Positions 39,797 to 48,186 of a DNA stretch of 64,000 nt are shown here, in pieces. Position numbers and translations under genes: made by a program. The notes beneath the pieces were generated by a model, which was not told the DNA's origin, ran no database searches, and saw only the letters and a list, made by a program, of their open reading frames with translations. The DNA is from Candidatus Giovannonibacteria bacterium (GTDB lineage Bacteria; Patescibacteriota; Minisyncoccia; UBA11713; 2-01-FULL-45-33): the NCBI GenBank assembly GCA_016432405.1, contig CP066687.1:347040-411039 (forward strand). Direction: 5' to 3'. The first letter of the stretch is position 1. Each line of letters begins with the position of its first letter.

Positions 39797-40057
39797 CATC
39801 TCTTGGCGATGCCCTTTCTTTTTGCGGTATCTGGTTTTTGAGTGATATTTGAAAATAGTGACTTTGGGCAGCCGTTTTTCGCCGATGATTTCCGCCGTTA
39901 CTTTTTTGCCTGCGAGATAGGGTTTGCCAATTTCAATTTTATCGCCGTCCGCCAGAAGCAAGACCTTGTCAAAAACAGGATTTTTCTCTACTTGTATTTT
40001 TTGTCCTTCGAAAACAAGATATTGTTTGCCCCCGGTTTCTATTACCGCGATTTTCAT
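39767..40057 (-). CDS. rplU: 50S ribosomal protein L21
   Basis: MKIAVIETGGKQYLVFEGQKIQVEK. Confidence 0.85.
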   Translation of the reverse strand: MKIAVIETGGKQYLVFEGQKIQVEKNPVFDKVLLLADGDKIEIGKPYLAGKKVTAEIIGEKRLPKVTIFKYHSKTRYRKKKGHRQEMLLAVVKSLT

Positions 40058-40068
40058 ATTAATAAAGC

Positions 40069-41112
40069 TTACTCCAACTCTTCTGGCTTGTCCAGCAGCG
40101 CCGGCTCGTATTCGCCGCCACGGCCTGCTATCCGTAAAACGTCTTTGTCTATCTTTTTGAATTCTTTTGAGGCGCTGTTGTATGCACTTACCGTAAGTCC
40201 CAGATTTTTGCCGATTTTATTCATAAAGTCCTCGTAGCTTATGAGATGCTTCCCGAGTTCTTCCACCCGTTTTTTTATCTCTTTTGCCGATTCTTCAATT
40301 TGAAGTGCTTTAAGCCCCTGAAGCACGGTCTGCAGATACGCCAAAAACGAAGTCGGTGAGACGATAATCACTTTTTTTTCTTTGAAAGCGTATTCAATAA
40401 GGTCCCTGGTATTCACCTTAACTGCCCCCACCTGCGCTACCAGGAGGTCATAATAAATCGCCTCGTGAGGTATGAACATAAACGCGAATTCCATTGTCCC
40501 CTCCTCCGGCTTTACGTATTTTGAGGTTTCGTCAATCCGCATCTTAAGGTCGTTCCGGAACGCGCGCTCCAGCCGCTCTTTTTCCGCCGGGTCGCGCTCT
40601 TCGGCAAGCCGGTTATAATTTTCCAGCGAAAATTTTGAGTCAATGGGGATAATTTTGTTTTTGACAAAAACAACCGCGTCCACGATTGTCCCGTCGGGGA
40701 AGGGATACTGCATCTGGTAGCTTCCCGGAGGCAGGACGTTTTTAAGCAGAGTTTCAAGATAATATTCCCCCAGGACGCCGCGCTGTTTGGGGTTTTTTAA
40801 GATGTCCTGCAGGTTCTGGAGCTGGTCGGCGAAATTGACCACCTGCCGGTTTGTTTCGTCCAGCTTGGTGAGCCGCTCGGTGACATCGCGGATGATTTTT
40901 GCCGATTCGCCGAACTGGCTCTGGAGTATTTTGGTGGACTCTCCCATTTTCTGGTCCACTGCCCGCGCAAGCTCGTTTATCTGGTTCTGGAGCATCAGCA
41001 TCGCCTGCCCACCATCGCCTTCGCCGCTCCGTTTTTTCGCGAAAAAATAAAAAATAACCGCCCCTATGGCAATCCCCGCCAAAACCGCGGCCAATAAAAC
41101 AATCTCATTCAT
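40069..41112 (-). CDS. rmuC: DNA recombination protein RmuC
   Basis: N-terminal TM helix, long coiled-coil and the RmuC C-terminal domain (FAFMFIPHEAIYYDLL). Confidence 0.75.
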   Translation of the reverse strand: MNEIVLLAAVLAGIAIGAVIFYFFAKKRSGEGDGGQAMLMLQNQINELARAVDQKMGESTKILQSQFGESAKIIRDVTERLTKLDETNRQVVNFADQLQNLQDILKNPKQRGVLGEYYLETLLKNVLPPGSYQMQYPFPDGTIVDAVVFVKNKIIPIDSKFSLENYNRLAEERDPAEKERLERAFRNDLKMRIDETSKYVKPEEGTMEFAFMFIPHEAIYYDLLVAQVGAVKVNTRDLIEYAFKEKKVIIVSPTSFLAYLQTVLQGLKALQIEESAKEIKKRVEELGKHLISYEDFMNKIGKNLGLTVSAYNSASKEFKKIDKDVLRIAGRGGEYEPALLDKPEELE

Positions 41113-41141
41113 AAAACCAGTTTAGCATAATACATTTATTT

Positions 41142-41213
41142 TTGGACCCGGGGAGAATCGAACTCCCGTCTGCCGCGTGCAAAGCGGCCGTTCTGCCATT
41201 GGACTACGGGCCC
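41142..41213 (-). tRNA. tRNA-Ala (anticodon TGC)
   Basis: Hand fold: acceptor gggcccg/cgggtcc with the G3:U70 Ala identity pair, anticodon loop ttTGCac, T-loop ttcgatt. Confidence 0.8.
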
Positions 41214-41247
41214 TCGGCATAAAGAATACATTATTTATCGGGAAAAA

Positions 41248-41961
41248 TCAAAGCCGGAGGAGCGCTGCGGCGAAATTTCCGGCCAAGAGGCCGAAAATAA
41301 GCGGGTCCAAAGAAGTGAAATAACTTAAAAGCACGGCGAAGGCGCCGACAAGCACTCCGTAGGCGGCGGCGCTTTTTCGGGACGAAAAAGCGGAGGTAAC
41401 CGGTTCAATGAGCATTACTGCCATAAAAAAAATCAATGTCCCGTCAAAAAGCTGTGTGGAAAAGAGCCCCAAAGCATAAACCGCCAAAAACGGCAAAACA
41501 ATGCGCCATTTGTTTATTTTCCATACAATGAATACCCCGACCAGAAGCAGGGTGATTAAACTCAATGTGTTTGTGCCTGCCAAAGACGGCGCCCACCATG
41601 AAATTGACGGTGTAAAAAAATAAAGAATCCCCAGTGAAAACGCGGCTGGGTTGAAAATATGCCGTCCCTTATTCCAGTGGAGCGCCTGCTTGCCAAAAAC
41701 CGCCAAAAACGCCAATGCGGCCGCATAAGCGGCGTTTGCCGCCGGAGCGGCGATTAATCCTAAGATAAGGCCCGAAATCAGAGATGAGGTCGGGAAATAC
41801 CAAATTTTACGCTTTAAAAAAGTCCAGAGAAGGTCAAAAGCCGCGTAAAACGCAACGATTAAAAACCCCCACAAAATGCGTTCAGGTTCGCCCAAAGCGA
41901 AAGCGGCGAGGACCAGCATCAGCGCCAAACAGCCGACCATAAAGGGTTTGATCGGCGGCAT
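41248..41961 (-). CDS. Polytopic membrane protein (6-7 TM helices)
   Basis: The HIFNPAAF motif is reminiscent of NqrB/RnfD-type proteins but the protein is much shorter. Function uncertain. Confidence 0.35.
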   Translation of the reverse strand: MPPIKPFMVGCLALMLVLAAFALGEPERILWGFLIVAFYAAFDLLWTFLKRKIWYFPTSSLISGLILGLIAAPAANAAYAAALAFLAVFGKQALHWNKGRHIFNPAAFSLGILYFFTPSISWWAPSLAGTNTLSLITLLLVGVFIVWKINKWRIVLPFLAVYALGLFSTQLFDGTLIFFMAVMLIEPVTSAFSSRKSAAAYGVLVGAFAVLLSYFTSLDPLIFGLLAGNFAAALLRL

Positions 41962-41964
41962 GGA

Positions 41965-42147
41965 TTATTTTTTGCCTAAAATTCTGAACATTTTGGTGCC
42001 GCATTTCCCGCAAGTTCCTGTCATTGCCCGGCGCTGCACTCCTCCTTTTCCTTTCATCGCCACCTCTCTGGGGTTTGTCATATTGCGTTTGTCGCGGCAT
42101 TTTACGCAATATGCCTGAACCGGTTCGTTTTGCTGGTTTCCAGCCAT
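41965..42147 (-). CDS. Small zinc-ribbon protein (60 aa)
   Basis: CVKCRDK…CGKCGTK, two CxxC pairs. Confidence 0.35.
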   Translation of the reverse strand: MAGNQQNEPVQAYCVKCRDKRNMTNPREVAMKGKGGVQRRAMTGTCGKCGTKMFRILGKK

Positions 42148-42295
42148 AGTATTAAAAAACTGTTATAAATAAGGGTTTTTGGACCTTTACCGCCTTTGGC
42201 GCGGCTTTAAGCCATCTTAGCACAATTTACGAATAAATAAGCGTGAGTTATTCACAAGCGGCTTCAAAATTGCTAGGATTGAAATTAACAAATTT

Positions 42296-42501
42296 GGGTG
42301 TGTAGTTCAGTGGTAGAACGCTGTCCTGACCTGCCCGCCGAACAAACCAAAATTTTGGATGCGTAGTTCAGTGGTAGAACGCTGTCCTGATAAGACAGAG
42401 GTCGGAGGTTCGATCCCTCCCGCATCCATAATCCAAAATTTTGGGTCGGCTTTGGCAGGCGGGTAAGACAGAGGTCCCAGGTTCGATCCCTGGCACACCC
42501 A
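42296..42501 (+). tRNA. Split tRNA-Ile (GAT): exon 1 at 42296..42329, exon 2 at 42464..42501, with a 134-nt insert in the anticodon
   Basis: The exons join to a 72-nt cloverleaf (acceptor gggtgtg/cacaccc, T-stem ccagg/cctgg) with anticodon loop ctGA|Taa. The insert contains a second complete tRNA. Confidence 0.5.
42357..42428 (+). tRNA. tRNA-Ile (anticodon GAT), nested inside the split tRNA
   Basis: Hand fold: acceptor ggatgcg/cgcatcc, D-stem gttc/gaac, anticodon stem ctgtc/gacag, loop ctGATaa, T-arm ggagg-ttcgatc-cctcc. Confidence 0.85.
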
Positions 42502-43373
42502 TAAAATAAAAGCACTTTTTCTTTTGTCCCGGGTCTCGAATTGAAGCTTCCGAGACCAACGCTTCACGTCAAAAATGACGCGATCGACACTTTAATTGTT
42601 GGACGCTCCGACGAAAAGTCGGAGTTGAGTACAAAAATTAAAATTGAAACTCCACGACCAGCTTCCGCTAGCCGTGCCTTGTTACGACTTACTCCCTGTC
42701 ATCCCGCCATCCTTATTCCCCGCTAAGCGGGACTTTTGGGTCGGCGGGACTTCCTTGAGTTGACGGGCGGTGAGTACAAGACTCGAGAACGTATTCACCG
42801 CAGTATAGCTGACCTGCGATTACTAGCGATTCCGTCTTCATGCGCTCGAGTTGCAGAGCGCAATCCGAACTGGGCCGGCCTTTGGTGAGATTAGCTCCGC
42901 CTCGCGGCTTCGCGACTCATTGTGGACGGCATTGTAGCACGTGTGTAGCCCAGGGCATCAAAGGGCCATGCTGACTTGGCGTCATCCCCGCCTTCCTCCC
43001 CGCGGTGCGGGGCAGTCTCTTGTGACACTTGTAACACAAAATAGGGGTTGCGTTCGTTGCCCCACTTAAGGGAACAGCTCAAGCCACGAACTGACGACAG
43101 CCATGCAGCACCTGTCCCGACGTCCTTGTGAGACGCACGCCTTTCGGCGGGCTTATCGTCGGGATTTCAAGCCCTGGTGAGGTTTTTCGTTTAACATCGA
43201 ATTGAACCACATGCTCCACCGCTTGTGCGAGTCCCCGTCTATTCCTTTGAGTTTTAAACTTGCGTTCGTACTTCCCAGGCGGATGACTTAACGCGTTAGC
43301 TTCGCCACTCGAAGGGTCGATACTTCCAATGGCTAGTCATCATCGTTTAGGGCGTGGACTACAAGGGTATCTA

Positions 43374-44003
43374 CAAATTTGTTACAACTCAATTTTACTA
43401 ATCGGTGCTAATTTTTGGAGTCAAGATTGGTGCTTGACAAATAAATTTTTATATGCTATGCTTGATATGGAGGTGATTTATGCTTGTATGGATTTGTGAG
43501 AAAACCGGGCCGCAAGGTTTAGCCCGACTTGTCTACAAAGAGTTCCTCGCGTGGATGCTCCTTGCGTCTTTGCTTGGTCAGGTTTATCTTTTGCTCCGGT
43601 AGAACCGAGGATCAAGCGATAAGAGGGAATGGAATTAAACGCTATTCCCTCTTTTTTATTTCCAAAAATTAGCACCGATTTTTTCTTGAGTGAGCAGAAT
43701 ATTTCTATCTGCTTCTGCATATCGCTATGCAGTTCGGACTATATCATGTCGCCTTTTCGGCGACCTCGGCGTATAGTCTCTACGGGGTCATGTCCGAAAC
43801 TAAGTGTCGGACAGCGGACTTCCCTCGGGATTGTCCTCCGACGCTTCGGCCGGAGGGGTTTCCCCGATATAGCTCCGACGAAAACCTCTCGGTTTTGTCG
43901 GAGTCCGACTTCACTATTAAAATAAATAGTGCGTCGGACCAAGTTTTTTATCCTCGGAATTTATTCCGAGGGGACTAAGCTGCCTTGTAAACAGCATTTG
44001 TTA
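43374..44003 (-). other. Intron-like insertion in the 16S gene at the h24 loop (E. coli position about 788/789)
   Basis: It interrupts the universally conserved GGAT|TAGATACCC block. The 3' two-thirds is dense in hairpins (for example ctccgacgaaaacc/ggttttgtcggag and cctcggaa/ttccgagg). No LAGLIDADG, GIY-YIG or HNH ORF is present. Confidence 0.6.
43407..43673 (+). mobile_element. Cassette with terminal inverted repeats (gctaatttttgg … ccaaaaattagc) carrying promoter, sORF and terminator, embedded in the 16S insertion and antisense to the rRNA
   Basis: TTGACA at 43434-43439, 17-nt spacer, TATGCT. SD ggaggtg and an ATG at 43480 open a 40-codon ORF running to TAG at 43602. Terminator agagggaat…attccctct plus T6. 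Paralog at 56433..56795. Confidence 0.5.
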
Positions 44004-44715
44004 ATCCTTTTTGATCCCCACGCTTTCGTGTTTCAGGGTCAGGAATGCCCCAGCAAGCTGCCTTCGCCTTTGGTGTTCCCCACGATATCAACGGATTTCA
44101 CCCCTACACCGTGAGTTCCGCTTGCCTCTGGCATCCTCCTAGTTTTGCCGTTTCCCGCCCATCTCTCCGGTTAAGCCGGAGTTTTTAAAACGGGACTAAC
44201 AAAACCCCCTACACACCCTTTACGCCCAGTAAATCCGGATAACGCTCGGGCTCCTCGTATTACCGCGGCTGCTGGCACGAGGTTAGCAAGCCCTTATTCT
44301 TAGGGTACAGTCATTTTTTTCCTCCCTTAAAAAAGCAGTTTACGCCCCGAAGGGCTTCCTCCTGCACGCGGCGTCGCTCGATCAGGCTTTCGCCCATTGT
44401 CGAATATTCTCGGCTGCTGCCACCCGTAGGTGTATGGACCGTTCTCAGTTCCATTGGTGGGGGCCAAGCTCTCACTCCCCCTAGCCGTCGTCGCCTTGGT
44501 GGGCCATTACCCCGCCAACAAGCTGATAGCCCGCAGGCCTCTCCCAGAGCCAATCTAAGTGTTTTAATCTCACGATACTATCGGGAATTAGCTCCGCTTT
44601 CGCGGAGTTATGCCCGTCTCTGGGGTGAGTTCCTACGTGTTACTACCCCGTCTGCCACTATCCCGCACCTTTTATTGCTAAAGGGTGCGGGACCGTATGA
44701 CTTGCATGCCTTATC

Positions 44716-44755
<40 letters not shown>

Positions 44756-45058
44756 AATAAGAAAAATTTCTTGCGAAATTTTTCTACTACGGGACAAAAG
44801 AAAAAATGCTCAAAATTTAACTGACTTAATTTTTTGGTGCAATTTTCTAAATTTTCAAGGTTCTCTTTTTGGGTCAAAACTCCTCAACAGGGCTCGGAGT
44901 AAATAAACCCGCGATAAGACCCCAAAGATCCTATCGCGGATTTACTATGCTAATTTTTCAAAATAGATTCAAAATAGATTAAAAGGTATCTGTGCCTCCG
45001 GCCATCTCAATATAAGTTAACCTATAATAATTCCATTATACTCGCCTAAAAAACGCCG

Positions 45059-46291
45059 TCAAGGGTCTGTTTCCACAGCGTTTTCCTTGGCTATTTTGGC
45101 GTATTCCAGAGCGCTTTTCCTGATTTTTCGTTCCATTGTCTTGTAATTTATCTCAACCAGCCCAAACCGCTGCGTAAAACCGCTATCCCATTCAAAATTA
45201 TCCAAAAGCGACCAATAAAAATAACCCCTTACATCTACGCCCTCGGAAGTGGCTTGATAAATCCAGCGCAGCATTTCTTTAATAAACCTTTCTCTATAGA
45301 TATCTCCTGCGTCAGCTACGCCATTCTCGGTAATAAATATCGGTTTTCCATAACGCGCCGCGCGTTTCAAAAGATGATAAATTCCTTCCGGGTAAATCCA
45401 CCACCCAATATCGCTTACCCAATCATTAGGATTTTTTAATTCAATTGGCCCCCAACGGCCTTTGCCTAATTTCAAATTAATAACATCGGTATGGTAGTAC
45501 TGGATGCCAATAAAATCAAATTTATTGTTTAACGTGGCGAAAAATCTCCAATTTCTGACATAATCTAAAATTTTTATCAGTAACCAATTCCACGGCAAAT
45601 TTTTATATGGAGTCATGTGTACAGCGTAATTAGCCGTCCCAACTAATGCTCCGTCGTTAACTTTATGAATAATATCATAAGCTTGACGATGTGCCGCCAT
45701 TAAATTTTTAAATGCGCGATTAGCGCGGGTTAGGTTTTTTACTTGCGGCGGTCTGGAGCCCTGTATATACCCCAACCCCACAAAAGTCCCGGGCTCATTA
45801 AGAGGCATCCAATATGTGACACTTTTTAACGATCGTACGATTTTGTCGACATAGCGAGTGAAATCATCTATTGTTTTTTTGTTTTCCCAGCCGCCTTGTT
45901 TGGCAACCCAAACCGGCAAAGTCCAGTGCCAAAGCGTCACAAACGGCTCAATCCCCCGCTCGCGCAAAGCGTCAATCACTTCCTGATAATGCGCGATTTC
46001 TTTTTCATTAAATTTTCCTTCCTCCGGCTCAATCCGCGACCACTCTATTGAAAAGCGATGCGCGTTGTGGCCGAGCGATTTTGCAATATCAAAATCTTCG
46101 CGGAAACGGTTGTAATGGTCGCAGGCGCGACCGGATTCTTCGTGTCTAGTAACTTTCTCCCACTCCGACCAATCATTATGATTTCCTCCCTCAACTTGAT
46201 GCGCGGAGGTCGCCGCCCCCCAGAAAAACCCCGCAGGAAAAGTCAAACGACTTTCCAACGGGGCAAGATTTTTTGGAGATTGAAGTTTCAT
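45059..46291 (-). CDS. Beta-glucosidase, glycoside hydrolase family 1
   Basis: FPAGFFWGAATSAHQVEGG N-terminal signature, NEP acid/base and ITENG nucleophile. Confidence 0.85.
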   Translation of the reverse strand: MKLQSPKNLAPLESRLTFPAGFFWGAATSAHQVEGGNHNDWSEWEKVTRHEESGRACDHYNRFREDFDIAKSLGHNAHRFSIEWSRIEPEEGKFNEKEIAHYQEVIDALRERGIEPFVTLWHWTLPVWVAKQGGWENKKTIDDFTRYVDKIVRSLKSVTYWMPLNEPGTFVGLGYIQGSRPPQVKNLTRANRAFKNLMAAHRQAYDIIHKVNDGALVGTANYAVHMTPYKNLPWNWLLIKILDYVRNWRFFATLNNKFDFIGIQYYHTDVINLKLGKGRWGPIELKNPNDWVSDIGWWIYPEGIYHLLKRAARYGKPIFITENGVADAGDIYRERFIKEMLRWIYQATSEGVDVRGYFYWSLLDNFEWDSGFTQRFGLVEINYKTMERKIRKSALEYAKIAKENAVETDP

Positions 46292-47274
46292 TGCTTATTT
46301 ATTAAATCTTTTACGGTATTCCACATCTCCGGTTTCCCCTGTTTCTCTTTCATAAAATACCACCATTCCGCGCCCCAAAGATATGCTTTCGGGAAACCGG
46401 AGCGTTCGGCATAATCAATTATTTCATTAAAAATTTCCGGATTCATCACCCCATTATTCCACGGTTCGGCTTGGAGTTCTGAAATTAAAATCTGTTTCCC
46501 CAAAACACGCTCCGCCCACCATGCTTTAATTCTAAAATAATATGCCGGAACCAGCGAGTATTTTATTTCGCCGAACCATTTGTGGGTTACGTATCTATAG
46601 AGAGTTGTCCCAAAAATATCTGACTTCGCCGCAAGGTATGGCCAGGCGAATCCCAGCTCGCCGGAGTCGGTTAGAATAATTGAACGAGTATCAAGCGATT
46701 TAACTAATTTAATTTCTTGATTTAATAAAGAAATCGGAGTCATGCCGCACTCGCCAAACGGAAACAATGGTTCATTTTCAACCTGCCAAGCAATTATGGC
46801 AGAGCTCTTTTTATAATGTTCAACGGCGGTTTTTAAATAAGTTAAAAGACTTTCTTGATATCTTAGACGTCCGACGTCGATAATTAGACTATCGACGTCG
46901 GACGTCCATAGTTTCTGCGCCCACACGGGAATATGGCACTCCGGCCACCTTGGCGCTTTCCGCCCTACAACTAAAATAACCTTTGCGCCGCGCTTCTCTG
47001 CCTCCGTAATCTGCCAATCCAAATCATTAAAATCAAATTTGCCTTCTTCGGGCTCTGTCAAATCCCAATAAGCCACCAGCCGCAAATCTTTTACTTTCAA
47101 ATCATCTAAAATCGCCGAATAATTTTCGCGCCAATTTAACCCCAGTTCTTCCGAAAACTTTTGCGAGAAAGTAACGCCGTAGCTCAAATTTTGTTTTCTG
47201 GGCACGGAATAATTTACAAGCAAATATAAAATTATCAAAATGCCAACTAGCCAAAATAACGTTTTTATGGGCAT
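46288..47274 (-). CDS. Glycoside hydrolase, GH5-like (cellulase/mannanase family)
   Basis: WQVENEP catalytic acid/base motif and a signal peptide. The start was placed at MPIKTLFWLV. Confidence 0.6.
   Translation of the reverse strand: MPIKTLFWLVGILIILYLLVNYSVPRKQNLSYGVTFSQKFSEELGLNWRENYSAILDDLKVKDLRLVAYWDLTEPEEGKFDFNDLDWQITEAEKRGAKVILVVGRKAPRWPECHIPVWAQKLWTSDVDSLIIDVGRLRYQESLLTYLKTAVEHYKKSSAIIAWQVENEPLFPFGECGMTPISLLNQEIKLVKSLDTRSIILTDSGELGFAWPYLAAKSDIFGTTLYRYVTHKWFGEIKYSLVPAYYFRIKAWWAERVLGKQILISELQAEPWNNGVMNPEIFNEIIDYAERSGFPKAYLWGAEWWYFMKEKQGKPEMWNTVKDLINKQ
46866..46907. repeat. Palindromic element gacgtccgacgtcgata-attagac-tatcgacgtcggacgtc inside the GH5-like gene
   Basis: 17-bp perfect inverted repeat. 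It encodes WTSDVDSLIIDVGRL in-frame. Related copies are at 54689..54720 and 58054..58085. Confidence 0.75.
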
Positions 47275-47298
47275 GATATAATTAAATTGTAGTAAATT

Positions 47299-47619
47299 AT
47301 GCCAAAGCCGGCAAAAAATGAAATAAAGGCGTTTATTGATTTTTTCTACGACGCCTGCCAAAAAATCCGCAAGGAAAAGGCGGTTTTTGAGCGCGGGAAG
47401 GACGGCAAACTGGTAAAGCTGGCGCTTAAAAAATTTTCCAGCGTCCAGCTTGAGATGCTGGCGGTTTGGTTTTTGGCCAAAAAGCCCAAGCTTCAGCCCA
47501 AAATAGGCGCTATGCTTTCCAAAAATATGCTGGAGGAGCTTGAGAGAAAGATTAGGCAGGCCATTTTTTGGAAAGACCTGGACATGATTTTTGAAAAATA
47601 TTACCCTAGGCAGACATGA
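47299..47619 (+). CDS. Hypothetical protein (106 aa)
   Basis: ORF only. Confidence 0.3.
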   Translation: MPKPAKNEIKAFIDFFYDACQKIRKEKAVFERGKDGKLVKLALKKFSSVQLEMLAVWFLAKKPKLQPKIGAMLSKNMLEELERKIRQAIFWKDLDMIFEKYYPRQT

Positions 47620-48182
47620 TTTTACAGACCCGCCTGCCGGACGGGCAGGAAGAAAACAAAATATTGCGCAAAAGCGCCGATTCTGTCCAAAGCCAAAACC
47701 TGCCGGAAATTAAGGCGCTCATCAAAAAAATGGCCGCAGCGATGTTCGCGGAGCCCGATGGCATCGGCATTGCCGCTCCGCAAATCGGGGTTTCTCTCCG
47801 GATTTTTTTGGTTGCCAAGGAAGCGGCCGTAAAAAATGCCGAGGAATTGCATGAAAGAATCGGAGATAAAAACAAAAAGAGAAATACAGAGCATTTAGTT
47901 TTCATAAACCCCGTACTCAAAAAATTCTCATCTAAAAAAATAAGGGACGTTGAAGGATGCCTTTCTGTGCGCGGGGTTTACGGCGAGGTGCCGAGGGCGG
48001 AACAAATTACAATTGAGTATTGTGACGAATTCGGGAAAAAGCGTCAGCGCGGCGCCTCGGGGCTTTTTGCGCGGGTCTTACAGCACGAGCTGGATCATCT
48101 GGACGGCATTTTATTTATTGATAAAGCAAAGAACTTGAAACGAATTTCCAATTCTCAATTTCCAATTTCCAATGAAAATTGA
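47616..48182 (+). CDS. def: Peptide deformylase
   Basis: GIGIAAPQIG, EGCLS and QHELDHLDG motifs. The C-terminal tail is built from the 7-bp repeat. Confidence 0.85.
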   Translation: MILQTRLPDGQEENKILRKSADSVQSQNLPEIKALIKKMAAAMFAEPDGIGIAAPQIGVSLRIFLVAKEAAVKNAEELHERIGDKNKKRNTEHLVFINPVLKKFSSKKIRDVEGCLSVRGVYGEVPRAEQITIEYCDEFGKKRQRGASGLFARVLQHELDHLDGILFIDKAKNLKRISNSQFPISNEN

Positions 48183-48186
48183 AAAT
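48144..48186. repeat. 7-bp-period repeat array in inverted arrangement at the def/fmt junction
   Basis: tttccaattctcaatttccaatttccaatgaaaattgaaaatc encodes …ISNSQFPISNEN* and then MKIENLKLKI. Confidence 0.65.

Noticed and set aside
42296-42501. Interpreting the tRNA region as two simple tandem tRNA-Ile genes.
   Set aside because: The 5' half at 42296..42329 has no 3' half until 42464..42501, and the two halves are mutually complementary in the acceptor stem. A tandem model leaves two unexplained half-tRNAs, so a nested or split arrangement fits better.
43466-43476. ggaggtgat (reverse complement atcacctcc) inside the 16S region was considered as the missing anti-SD tail.
   Set aside because: It lies inside the 630-bp insertion, 800 nt away from helix 45, and is perfectly placed as the SD of the antisense sORF (ATG 4 nt downstream). 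It is therefore an mRNA SD, not the rRNA 3' end.
43629-43978. The 83-98-aa ORFs inside the 16S insertion were considered as a possible homing endonuclease.
   Set aside because: No LAGLIDADG, GIY-YIG, HNH or His-Cys box motifs are present. The ORFs overlap heavily structured sequence and have no SD, so they are most likely spurious.
47299-47361. The apparent overlap between the GH5-like gene and ORF 47299..47619.
   Set aside because: The GH5-like protein most plausibly starts at the internal Met preceding its signal peptide (MPIKTLFWLV, 47274), which removes the overlap.
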